From: Saccharofermentanales bacterium
Lineage (GTDB): Bacteria > Bacillota > Clostridia > Saccharofermentanales > DTU023
DNA: 64,000 nt
Assembly (NCBI GenBank): GCA_050945515.1
Contig: JBMNTB010000003.1
Location: 44,954-108,953 of the forward strand
Reading direction: 5' to 3'
Shown in pieces: positions 18,268 through 27,325 of the stretch (position 1 is the stretch's first letter; each line of letters begins with the position of its first letter). The translations under genes were made by a program, and so were the position numbers. Under the pieces are notes generated by a model that was given only the letters and a program-made list of their open reading frames with translations, was not told the origin of the DNA and ran no database searches.

Positions 18268-20031
18268 TCAATTAATTTCAATTACTGATATAAGGATGAC
18301 AGGACGCCTTCTCGTCTTTTCAAATAAGAGACGGCGGAGTTCATGTTCCAATCGTCCCGATTTTAATGCCTGAGATAAGGATTTGTTTTCGGTTTGGGCT
18401 TCAGTGATTAATTTTTCAATCAGATTGCGACAGCTAATAGTCGTACTTTCAATTTCACTGTCATAAATAAAACCGCGAGCAATGATGTCCGGTTGACCGA
18501 GTAATATATTTCGGTCGGGATCAATCGCGATAAAGGCGGATACAACTCCGTCCTCAGCCAAACGTAAACGATCTCTTAATACCCATTTATCGACATCACC
18601 CATGCCTGAACCGTCAATCAGCACACCTGCACCTTCAGTGAAACCGATAAAACGAGATTCATTATGATTTAACTCGAGGATATCGCCATTGGATAGGAGT
18701 AGAATCCTTTCTTTCGGGTGTCCCATCTGCTGTACCATTTGGGCATGGAGATGTAAATGGCGGTATTCTCCATGAGCAGGGATAAAAAATTTGGGTTGAG
18801 CCAGGTGATAGATCAGTTTCAATTCTTCCTGATAGGCATGACCTGATACATGTACATCTGCCAGGGAGGCATAAATGACATCTGCCCCTCGGCGATACAA
18901 TTCATCAATCATTCGATAGATGGGTTTTTCATTCCCGGGGATAATAGAAGAGGACAGAATAATTGTGTCACCCTCAACTATCTCCACATTTTTATGTTCG
19001 GCAAAGGCAATTTTGCTCAGAGCAGCCGTGGATTCACCCTGGCTGCCTGTAGTGATTAAAACCAGCTCCTCCGGCTTATGATTATCCAGCGCATTGATGT
19101 CGATAATTGTATCTGCTTTGTATCTGAGATAGCCGATGCTATTTGCCACTTCGAAGATATTCAGCATACTGCGGCCGATCAAGCAGACCTTGCGTTCCTC
19201 CGCCTCAGCTGCATCTATGACCTGTTGTAAGCGGTAGACATTGGATGAGAAAGTAGCTACAAAGACCCTGCCGGATGCCTTGGCGAAAAGTTCCTTGAAT
19301 TTTTCGCCGATAGCCAGTTCAGACATGGTTGAGCCTGGCACTTCGATATTTGTGCTATCTGAAATTAAAGCTAAGATGCCTTTGCGTCCGAGTTCAGCGA
19401 TGCGGCTTAAATTGATTGGTGCGCCGGTAGGAGGGGTGTAATCGATTTTAAAGTCACCGGTGTGCAAAACAACACCCAGCGGCGTAGTGATGGCAAAGGC
19501 ATTGGAGTCGGCAATCGAGTGATTGACATGAATTGATTCGACTTGAAAATGTCCGGCTCCTACTCGCTGACCGGGACGCAATAAACGCAGATCAGGGTTT
19601 TTAACCTGAGAACCGCGATCCTTGAGTTTGCGTTCGATCAGTTTGATAGTCATGGTATTGCCGTAAACCGGGACATTGAACTCTTTTAAGAACCAGGGCA
19701 AGGCACCAATATGGTCTTCATGGCCATGTGTAATGAAGACGGCCTTCAACTTGTCCTTATTCTCACGTACATAACTAAAATCCGGAATGATGATGTCAAC
19801 TCCGGGCATATCCTCATCAGGGAAAGCCAAGCCACAATCGACGATGATCAGGTCGTCCATGAATTGGAAGCAGGTCATATTTTTGCCGACTTCTCTTAAG
19901 CCGCCTAGAGGAATAATGCGCAGCCCCGGACCTTTACTGTCTTTGATCCTTTGGGCTTTCAGCTTTCGCACTCTGGCAGAAGATGATCTTGACTGTATTG
20001 GATTATTGCTACTCATCTGGATCTCAATCAT
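18268..20031 (-). CDS. rnj: Ribonuclease J
   Basis: Metallo-beta-lactamase motif HGHEDHIGALPW, beta-CASP layout and a basic N-terminal extension. The start is uncertain (20031 or 20016). Confidence 0.9.
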   Translation of the reverse strand: MIEIQMSSNNPIQSRSSSARVRKLKAQRIKDSKGPGLRIIPLGGLREVGKNMTCFQFMDDLIIVDCGLAFPDEDMPGVDIIIPDFSYVRENKDKLKAVFITHGHEDHIGALPWFLKEFNVPVYGNTMTIKLIERKLKDRGSQVKNPDLRLLRPGQRVGAGHFQVESIHVNHSIADSNAFAITTPLGVVLHTGDFKIDYTPPTGAPINLSRIAELGRKGILALISDSTNIEVPGSTMSELAIGEKFKELFAKASGRVFVATFSSNVYRLQQVIDAAEAEERKVCLIGRSMLNIFEVANSIGYLRYKADTIIDINALDNHKPEELVLITTGSQGESTAALSKIAFAEHKNVEIVEGDTIILSSSIIPGNEKPIYRMIDELYRRGADVIYASLADVHVSGHAYQEELKLIYHLAQPKFFIPAHGEYRHLHLHAQMVQQMGHPKERILLLSNGDILELNHNESRFIGFTEGAGVLIDGSGMGDVDKWVLRDRLRLAEDGVVSAFIAIDPDRNILLGQPDIIARGFIYDSEIESTTISCRNLIEKLITEAQTENKSLSQALKSGRLEHELRRLLFEKTRRRPVILISVIEIN

Positions 20032-20207
20032 AACAGATTATTAGATATCAGGTATAAAAATCTGTTACATTAACTTGTTAAATTCTAGTAAAAAAGGCGG
20101 CATTTCCTTGTATATATTCGGTGTGATGACTTAGAATGAACTAATTATACAGTATGGTAGAACTGCCCTCTGAGGCATTATCATCGTGGACGACAAGGGG
20201 GGTAGAA

Positions 20208-20972
20208 ATGATTACACTCGATAAAATTACCAAGTCTTATGACGGTAAGAAAAAGGCGGTAGATAATCTCAGTCTGGAGATTTATCCGGGAGAAATATTC
20301 GGATTATTGGGGCCTAACGGTGCAGGTAAAACGACCTGTCTGAAAATGATTACCGGTGTTTTGCAACCGACAGCCGGTGATATTGTAATCAACGGCTATT
20401 CAATCTTGAAACAGCCCCTGGAAGCCAAAAAGCAATTTTCTTTTGTCTCAGATGATCCCAATGTTTTTTTGAGATTCAAGGGTATCGAGTATTTAAAATT
20501 TATTGCTGATATCTATGAAATAGATCCGTCCGTTCGTGAAAGCAGAATCAAGGAATTGGCCGAAGAATATTCTTTATCGGATGTACTCAATGATCAAATC
20601 AGCAGCTATTCTCACGGTATGCGCCAGAAGATTGTAGTGATAGGCGCACTGATCAGTGCACCGCCGGTGTGGATTCTGGACGAGCCAATGACCGGTCTCG
20701 ATCCGCGGTCCAGCTTTAATCTCAAGAATCGGATGCGACAACATGCTGATGCCAATCTGACGGTTTTGTTTTCGACTCATGTGTTGGAAGTTGCAGAGAA
20801 GATCTGTGATCGGGTGGGAATAATCGATAAAGGCAAACTAATCTTCTGCGGTACGATTAAAGAAATGAGAGACCATTTCAAAGAAAATGCCAGTTTAGAA
20901 GAAATGTTCCTTGAACTTACGGATGAGAGCTTCCATTTGCCCGAAGACAACAGCTTTCTTACTGATCATTAA
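20208..20972 (+). CDS. ABC transporter ATP-binding protein
   Basis: Walker A GPNGAGKTT, signature-like YSHGMRQK, Walker B ILDEPMTGLD. ATG 20208 lies after GGGGGG. Confidence 0.9.
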   Translation: MITLDKITKSYDGKKKAVDNLSLEIYPGEIFGLLGPNGAGKTTCLKMITGVLQPTAGDIVINGYSILKQPLEAKKQFSFVSDDPNVFLRFKGIEYLKFIADIYEIDPSVRESRIKELAEEYSLSDVLNDQISSYSHGMRQKIVVIGALISAPPVWILDEPMTGLDPRSSFNLKNRMRQHADANLTVLFSTHVLEVAEKICDRVGIIDKGKLIFCGTIKEMRDHFKENASLEEMFLELTDESFHLPEDNSFLTDH

Positions 20973-20998
20973 AGCATGAGATCAAAGGGGGATCCGGA

Positions 20999-22741
20999 AT
21001 GAAAAAATGGTGGATCTTAACTAAGGCACTGGTCAAAGGCTCTGATGTCTTTGGCTTGGAAATGAAGGAGACAAAGAAACGCAAGAAGTTGACTTTGTTC
21101 TCTCGCGGTCTCGACCGGACAAAAAAGATATTGCTGGGAGTGGTTATCTTTGCTTACATCGCCTTTGTCTTTGGTATTAACGGCTACAATATTGCCAAAC
21201 AATTACTGGCTATGGGCTTTGACGCTGGCAATCCAACGGCCGACCCGATCGTATTGACTTCATTTCAGGCCAGTCTGGCCCAACTATATTTGCCCGGCTT
21301 CTTTATGCTTTTGGGCATGGGCTTTTTTTATGCCGCCGGCATCTTTTTCTTTGCGGAAGATCTAGACACTCTTCTGGCTTTGCCGTTAAAACCGAGCACG
21401 ATAGTAGCTGCCAAGCTGGCTAATCTCTATATTTTCTCTCTGGTAATTCCATTAGCTTTAACTTTGCCTGCCGCAGTAGTTTTGGGCTATATGCTGAGGA
21501 TGCCGCTCCTCTACTATCTCTATGCCTTTTTAACTCTGATTTTCGGTGCCATGATTCCGATGTGCATTGATGCCATCCTGATTCTATTAATGATGCGGAC
21601 GGCCGTTTTTGCCAGGAGTAAGGATCGTTTCATGATTGTGACTCAAGTCCTGATGTTTGTCGGAATTTTTGCCTTCGTCTTCTCCAATATGGGATCTATT
21701 GATTTGGATTCGGAATTGCCGACGACAGGACCGGTTGCTTTGCAATATATTGTGCCGATGTCGAACCGTGCTATTGAAGCTATTTCTCTGCCTCAAGATC
21801 CGGGTTCAATTCTGAAGATTATAAGTTTGATTGCTGTTGCCCTGGGATTAGTGATTCTGCTGGTGCTTTTATCCTCGCGGCTCTATTTGAGGGCGGCCAG
21901 GGAGAGTAGAGCAAGCAGTCAAGCGCATAAGCCGATGACAGCCAAAACCTGGCAGAGCCTGCGTCACACCACAAGAGATCTGCCCAATATGGTCAGTAGA
22001 GAATTTAAGATTCTTTACCGCTCGCCAACTTTTCTGATGAATATTCTGGCCTTTCCCATCATCATGCTTGTTTCCATGTTTGGTACCATGATCTTCTCAT
22101 TTTCCCGGGAGGGTAAGGATCTTGCAACCTTGCAAAGGCTTATGGCGGCTACCTTTGCATCGGAATCCAGAGAGAACGTTATTCCGATAATCATGATGGT
22201 TGTGGTGGGGATTGCGGCCTTTTTGTCAAGCACAAATACCTGTATGCCTACAGCCATATCCCGTGAGGGCAGAGGAGCAGGCATGCTAAAATCTTGGCCA
22301 CTCAAAATCAGCACTGTCTTTTTGGCCAAGCTGATAGTTGGCGGGATTGTTTCTTTGCTGGCCTGGTTGCCGATCGCTGTCTTAACATTTGCTATTTTGC
22401 CTTTCAGCATTTACTTTCAACCGACGCTGCTTATTCTATTTATATTCTTGCCCCTGACTATCAATAATTTGGCGTTAATCATTGATTTGAGTAAGCCGTA
22501 TCTGGAATGGAATTCGGAGCAACAGGTTGCTAAGCAAAATATGAATATATTTAAGACCATGTTGATGTCGCTTGTGGTCGGTGGCCTCTTGATTGGTGCT
22601 GTTCTGCTGATACAAAAACTGGGTGGCAATCTAATTGCGATTCTGACGGTTATCAATAGTGGCAGCATTTTACTGTTTGTGATCAGCATATTGCTGCTTG
22701 CTACGGTGGGCAAAAAGTATTATCTGGAAAGGATCAACTGA
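20999..22741 (+). CDS. Multi-pass membrane protein, putative permease partner of the ABC ATPase
   Basis: 580 aa with many hydrophobic helices. It starts 26 nt after the ATPase gene, and AGGGGGA lies upstream of the ATG. Confidence 0.7.
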   Translation: MKKWWILTKALVKGSDVFGLEMKETKKRKKLTLFSRGLDRTKKILLGVVIFAYIAFVFGINGYNIAKQLLAMGFDAGNPTADPIVLTSFQASLAQLYLPGFFMLLGMGFFYAAGIFFFAEDLDTLLALPLKPSTIVAAKLANLYIFSLVIPLALTLPAAVVLGYMLRMPLLYYLYAFLTLIFGAMIPMCIDAILILLMMRTAVFARSKDRFMIVTQVLMFVGIFAFVFSNMGSIDLDSELPTTGPVALQYIVPMSNRAIEAISLPQDPGSILKIISLIAVALGLVILLVLLSSRLYLRAARESRASSQAHKPMTAKTWQSLRHTTRDLPNMVSREFKILYRSPTFLMNILAFPIIMLVSMFGTMIFSFSREGKDLATLQRLMAATFASESRENVIPIIMMVVVGIAAFLSSTNTCMPTAISREGRGAGMLKSWPLKISTVFLAKLIVGGIVSLLAWLPIAVLTFAILPFSIYFQPTLLILFIFLPLTINNLALIIDLSKPYLEWNSEQQVAKQNMNIFKTMLMSLVVGGLLIGAVLLIQKLGGNLIAILTVINSGSILLFVISILLLATVGKKYYLERIN

Positions 22742-22833
22742 GACTGACGGGTCTCTAAAGTCGTTTTGACTTGCATGGCCTTGAGCAACATGGTAAAATG
22801 CAGTTCGTTAAAAATACTGCAGGAGGTGAAGGA

Positions 22834-23100
22834 ATGGCAAATATTAAGTCGTCGATCAAGCGCGCTAAAAGCAACCAGGCTAGAGCTATGGTCAATAAAC
22901 GCAAGAAAAGTGCGCTGAGAACCCAGATCAAGAAGACAGTTCTAGCGATCGAGTCTGCTGCAGATAATGCTGGCGAAATGCTGAGGAAGACCCAGGCTGA
23001 TCTCGACCGGGCTGCCACTAACGGTCTGATCTCCAAGAATACGGCTGCCAGGAGAAAGTCCAGACTAGCTAGGCTGGCTAACGTTTCCCGTGAAGCTTAA
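22834..23100 (+). CDS. rpsT: 30S ribosomal protein S20
   Basis: N-terminus MANIKSSIKRAKSNQARAMVNKRKKSALRT. AGGAGG lies upstream of ATG 22834. Confidence 0.9.
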   Translation: MANIKSSIKRAKSNQARAMVNKRKKSALRTQIKKTVLAIESAADNAGEMLRKTQADLDRAATNGLISKNTAARRKSRLARLANVSREA

Positions 23101-23161
23101 TGCTTTAGTTGGTAAGAGACCGAGAGAGCTCAATCCGAACCGGGATCTGATTGTTAATAAT

Positions 23162-23189
23162 AGCCGCTTCACAAAGAAGCGGCTTTTTT
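23162..23189 (+). terminator. Rho-independent terminator after rpsT
   Basis: AGCCGCTTC acaaa GAAGCGGCT TTTTT. Confidence 0.85.
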
Positions 23190-23233
23190 GTGATAGAATG
23201 CAATATTGTAGCGTATGAAGGCGCGGAGGAATT

Positions 23234-24217
23234 ATGAAAAAAAGTAAGATCGCTATAACTCTAGGTTTAGTTGTGGGCATAGTGCTATCAGCGTTTGCTT
23301 TCCTTTTCGGTTATACCAGGTATCTTCTGAGTTTGCCGACTTATGATACAGAGGGTACGATCCCTATTGAGACTAATCTGGATCAACTTCCTGATTTGGA
23401 ACCTGAGATGAAAGAGGGGATGAAGATCCCGGTCTATGCTAATCCGCAGAACCACAATATCCTGCTGATCGGTTCAGATCGCCGCGATGACAAATCCTAT
23501 GGGCGTTCAGACAGTATGATTCTGCTTTCTATCAACGAAAAGACGGATAAATTTCATTTGACATCTTTTCAGCGTACAATCTGGGTCAGTATCCCCGAGG
23601 ATACGGATCCGCGCTATAAGAGATACTGGTCGCCGAATTATACACTTAATGCGGCACATACCTGGGGTGGTCCGCGATTGTTGTTGAAGACGATTCAAAG
23701 GAATTTCCGACTTGATGTGCAAAACTATGTCAAAGTTGATTTTAAAAACTTTGTTAAAGTAGTTGATCGGGTTGGCGGTGTGGAGATTGAGCTGTCAAAA
23801 GCTGAGGCTTCTAATCTAAAGCAGCAGGGTATTCAGGTGACGGCCGGGAAACAGTTGCTGAATGGCGATGCATGTCTGGCCTATTCCCGTATCCGCAAAA
23901 TTGATAGCGACTGGAAACGGATGGGCCGTCAAAGGACAGTCATTGAAGCCCTAATCAAGAAATTGCGGTCCATGAGCCCGCTCTCTTTGCCCAGAGTGTT
24001 GGAGGATATTATGAGGAATATAGAGACCAATCTTACTCCCGGACAGCTACAAGGTTATATGCTCAATGTCTTGAAATACCGTAAATATGAGATTGACCAG
24101 ATGTTTGTGCCTATTGAACAGCATAAAGCCATAGCCCGTGCCAAAAACGGTCAGGAAGTCTATAAGCTTAACTGGGTCAAGAATATTGAGGCGATCAGAG
24201 CCTTTATCGATCAGTAA
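23234..24217 (+). CDS. LytR/CpsA/Psr (LCP) family cell-envelope transferase
   Basis: N-terminal transmembrane anchor plus LLIGSDRRDD...RSDSMILLSIN...VSIPED...GGVEI, which is characteristic of LCP proteins. Confidence 0.85.
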   Translation: MKKSKIAITLGLVVGIVLSAFAFLFGYTRYLLSLPTYDTEGTIPIETNLDQLPDLEPEMKEGMKIPVYANPQNHNILLIGSDRRDDKSYGRSDSMILLSINEKTDKFHLTSFQRTIWVSIPEDTDPRYKRYWSPNYTLNAAHTWGGPRLLLKTIQRNFRLDVQNYVKVDFKNFVKVVDRVGGVEIELSKAEASNLKQQGIQVTAGKQLLNGDACLAYSRIRKIDSDWKRMGRQRTVIEALIKKLRSMSPLSLPRVLEDIMRNIETNLTPGQLQGYMLNVLKYRKYEIDQMFVPIEQHKAIARAKNGQEVYKLNWVKNIEAIRAFIDQ

Positions 24218-24234
24218 AAGGGCGTGATATAGTT

Positions 24235-24738
24235 GTGATTATCCTGGGTGTAGATCCCGGATATGCCATAACCGGCTACGGAGTAATAGCTAAAGAGAGT
24301 GGCATCTTGAAGGCTCTCGATTACGGTGTTGTTTCAACACCGGCCAAAAGCTATTTTCCCCTGCGCTTGCGCTCAATCCATGAGGGTCTGGCTCAGCTGA
24401 TTGCCAATTTTAAGCCGGACTGTTTGGCGATTGAGGAGCTGTTTTTCAGCCGCAATACAACGACCGCGATCGGAACGGCACAGGCCAGGGGTGTTGCTGT
24501 CTTGGCAGCGGCTCAGGCCGGTATACCGGTTTTTGAATATACACCCTTGCAGGTCAAAATGGCTGTCACCGGCTATGGACGAGCGGAGAAAGCACAAATG
24601 CAGGAAATGGTCAGGATTCTGCTGAAGTTATCCCGACCACCCCAGCCTGATGATGCTGCTGATGCATTGGCAGTAGCGATTTGTCATGCCCATAGTGGTA
24701 ATAGACTTGATTCCCTGGCGGTTGGCGGTTATCAATAA
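24235..24738 (+). CDS. ruvC: Crossover junction endodeoxyribonuclease RuvC
   Basis: N-terminus (M)IILGVDPGYAITGYGVI and C-terminal DAADALAVAICHA. GTG start. Confidence 0.9.
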   Translation: MIILGVDPGYAITGYGVIAKESGILKALDYGVVSTPAKSYFPLRLRSIHEGLAQLIANFKPDCLAIEELFFSRNTTTAIGTAQARGVAVLAAAQAGIPVFEYTPLQVKMAVTGYGRAEKAQMQEMVRILLKLSRPPQPDDAADALAVAICHAHSGNRLDSLAVGGYQ

Positions 24739-24846
24739 AAAGATCTAATTTGTGCTGCTCTCCGACAAGGACTATATTCGGTTATTTTCATAGTACAATA
24801 GATATTAGACGCAATTTGCAGTACTTCTAACAGATGAGGAAAAAAC

Positions 24847-25452
24847 ATGTATTCATATATTAGAGGTCAAATCATAGTTAAGACACCAGACTATCTCATA
24901 ATCGAGGCCGGTGGCATCGGCTATGAGGTCCAGATTCACCCGGGGATGGTGAATGCCTTGCCTGCTGTTGGCGAGACGGCCAAGATACCGGTTGAGCTTT
25001 CTGTCCGGGAAGATCAAATGACCTTGTTCGGTTTCCCCGGCGAAGAAGAAAAAAATTTGTTCCGGCTGGTGCAAACGGTGTCAGGGATTGGTCCTAAAGT
25101 TGCCATTACAATCACCGGCTCGATTTCTCCGGGTGCTTTCGCCCTGGCGATTCTCAATGATGATGTCAATGTCCTGACTACCATCAAAGGCATAGGCAAA
25201 AAAGGAGCTCAGCGTCTGATCTTGGAACTAAAAGACAAGCTGCGTAAATTGGAGTTGGATTTACCTTCGACAAGTAGTGAGTTTCCGTCGGTGCCGCCGG
25301 CGGATTCCATTGATGCTCAAGCCGTATCTGCTTTGATGGTTTTGGGTTACCGCAATGAGGAGGCAAGACAGGCTCTGCAAAATTGTGGCAGAACAGATGA
25401 TGACAGCCTGGAGACTGTCATTCTCAAAGCACTGAAGACGATGAAAGTGTGA
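24847..25452 (+). CDS. ruvA: Holliday junction helicase subunit RuvA
   Basis: MYSYIRGQI...GIGYEV...LFGF...F..L..VSGIGPK.A, a typical RuvA sequence. Confidence 0.9.
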   Translation: MYSYIRGQIIVKTPDYLIIEAGGIGYEVQIHPGMVNALPAVGETAKIPVELSVREDQMTLFGFPGEEEKNLFRLVQTVSGIGPKVAITITGSISPGAFALAILNDDVNVLTTIKGIGKKGAQRLILELKDKLRKLELDLPSTSSEFPSVPPADSIDAQAVSALMVLGYRNEEARQALQNCGRTDDDSLETVILKALKTMKV

Positions 25453-25484
25453 TTTATTGATCTGGTTCAGGGGGAGGTAATACT

Positions 25485-26603
25485 TTGTATAATATTTTCA
25501 GCCAGATGGATGAAGACCAGGAAGAAGAGCGCATCTTGTCCCGCAAACATCTAATGGAAGACAAAGATGAAATAAGTATGCGCCCCAGGACTCTGGCCGA
25601 ATATGCCGGACAGTCCAGGATCAAAGAAAATCTGCAGGTCTATATCAAAGCTGCCATGGAAAGGGGTGAGGCCCTGGATCATGTGCTCCTTTATGGCCCG
25701 CCGGGGCTTGGCAAGACAACTCTGGCCGGTATTATTGCCAATGAGCTGGGGGTGCAGATGCGTGTGACCTCCGGTCCGGCGATTGAGCGTCAGGGTGAAT
25801 TGGCTGCTATCTTGACCAATTTGGAAGAACATGATGTGCTCTTCATTGATGAAGTTCATCGTCTCAACCATGCCGTGGAGGAAATTCTCTATCCGGCGAT
25901 GGAAGATTTTGCTTTGGACATTATGATCGGCAAAGGTCCGGCTGCCCGTTCGATCAGACTTGATTTGCCGCCGTTTACACTGATTGGAGCGACCACGAGA
26001 GCCGGTCTTCTGACTTCGCCTTTACGTGATCGCTTCGGTATGATTCATCGCCTGGAGCTCTACTCGGAAGCGGAAATAGCTGAAATACTCAAACGCAACG
26101 CAACCCTGCTTTCGATCGGAATTGATCGGGATGGACTGGAAATTCTGTCCGGCCGCTGCCGCGGCACGCCTCGCATTGCCATTCGCCTCTTGCGTCGGAT
26201 GCGGGATTTTGCCCAAGTCAAAGGTTGTGGCGTGATTGACAGAGAGATCTGCAGTGTCGGGCTGGCTGCCTTGGAGATCGATGAGAGAGGACTTGATGCT
26301 ACGGATAGAAGAGTAATGCTGGCCATGGCCGAGATCTATCGCGGCGGCCCGGTAGGGCTGGATACTCTGGCTGCTACAACCGGCGAAGATCCGGGCACAA
26401 TCGAAGATGTCTATGAGCCTTATTTGCTGCAGATCGGCTTTCTGGCTAAGACACCGCGAGGCAGAGTACTAACTGACCAAGGTTTTGCACATTTGGGCTT
26501 GGTTCCCGGCAGTAGACCGGGTACTCAAGCTGTGCTTGATTCCCAGATAGCGCTGCGCGATCTGACAGAACTGTCTGATGAGGACAACGATGTCCAAGAG
26601 TAG
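25485..26603 (+). CDS. ruvB: Holliday junction helicase subunit RuvB
   Basis: Motifs [12 protein letters not shown], Walker [10 protein letters not shown] and Walker [13 protein letters not shown] 25485 lies 6 nt after GGGGGAGG. Confidence 0.95.
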   Translation: MYNIFSQMDEDQEEERILSRKHLMEDKDEISMRPRTLAEYAGQSRIKENLQVYIKAAMERGEALDHVLLYGPPGLGKTTLAGIIANELGVQMRVTSGPAIERQGELAAILTNLEEHDVLFIDEVHRLNHAVEEILYPAMEDFALDIMIGKGPAARSIRLDLPPFTLIGATTRAGLLTSPLRDRFGMIHRLELYSEAEIAEILKRNATLLSIGIDRDGLEILSGRCRGTPRIAIRLLRRMRDFAQVKGCGVIDREICSVGLAALEIDERGLDATDRRVMLAMAEIYRGGPVGLDTLAATTGEDPGTIEDVYEPYLLQIGFLAKTPRGRVLTDQGFAHLGLVPGSRPGTQAVLDSQIALRDLTELSDEDNDVQE

Positions 26604-26612
26604 ATATAGTCG

Positions 26613-27194
26613 ATGAATATTAAGAAGACAGAAGAAATTCTACTTCATAGCTGTTGTGGTCCCTGTGCTGAATATCCGCTGCAGCAGCTTTTAGCAGATA
26701 ATTATCAGCCAACTCTGTACTATTTTAATCCCAATATTCAGCCCCAGGTGGAATGGCAGCGCCGTTACGAGTCTTTAGCTAAATTGAGCGACTTGCTGGA
26801 TTTGCCTCTGGTGGCGACAGGTTCGGCGGCAACCGAGCAGTGGCTGGCACTGCCCGATCAGGCTGAACGTTGCCGTTTCTGCTATCGTATCCGACTGGAA
26901 GAGGTTGCCCGCTATGCACAGGCCAACCGTTTTCAAGTTTTTAGCACTACTTTATTGGTCAGTCCCTATCAGAAGCACGAAATGATCGTAGAGATCGGAC
27001 AGGAACTGGCAGATTCATATGGCCTTAAATTCCTGGCTGCCGACTGGCGGCCCGGTTTTCGTGCCGGGCAGCAATTGGCGCGGGAGCATGGATTATACCG
27101 CCAGCGCTATTGCGGCTGTATTTTTTCTCTCGAGGAATCCTCATTCAAAGAGCAAATTAAAGCGGAGCACGCCCGGCTGGAACAGGGCACATAA
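26613..27194 (+). CDS. queH: Epoxyqueuosine reductase QueH (DUF208 family)
   Basis: Cysteine motifs HSCCGPCA, CRFCYRIRL and RYCGCIFS. Confidence 0.8.
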   Translation: MNIKKTEEILLHSCCGPCAEYPLQQLLADNYQPTLYYFNPNIQPQVEWQRRYESLAKLSDLLDLPLVATGSAATEQWLALPDQAERCRFCYRIRLEEVARYAQANRFQVFSTTLLVSPYQKHEMIVEIGQELADSYGLKFLAADWRPGFRAGQQLAREHGLYRQRYCGCIFSLEESSFKEQIKAEHARLEQGT

Positions 27195-27325
27195 GATCGG
27201 ACCTGACTTAACGGTCGAAGTTAGATTTGTTTGACGAAGGCGCTGTTAAAGGTGTTCCGGCACCTGTAACCAACTGTACCCGGTCCAAGTGACGAAGTGA
27301 TAGGGATTGTCTTCGTTAAAAAATT

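Noticed and set aside
22742-22833. A canonical -35/-10 promoter for rpsT.
   Set aside because: Only a TG-extended -10 element (TGGTAAAAT) is convincing. The TTGACT upstream is 22 nt away, which is too far, so I did not annotate a promoter.
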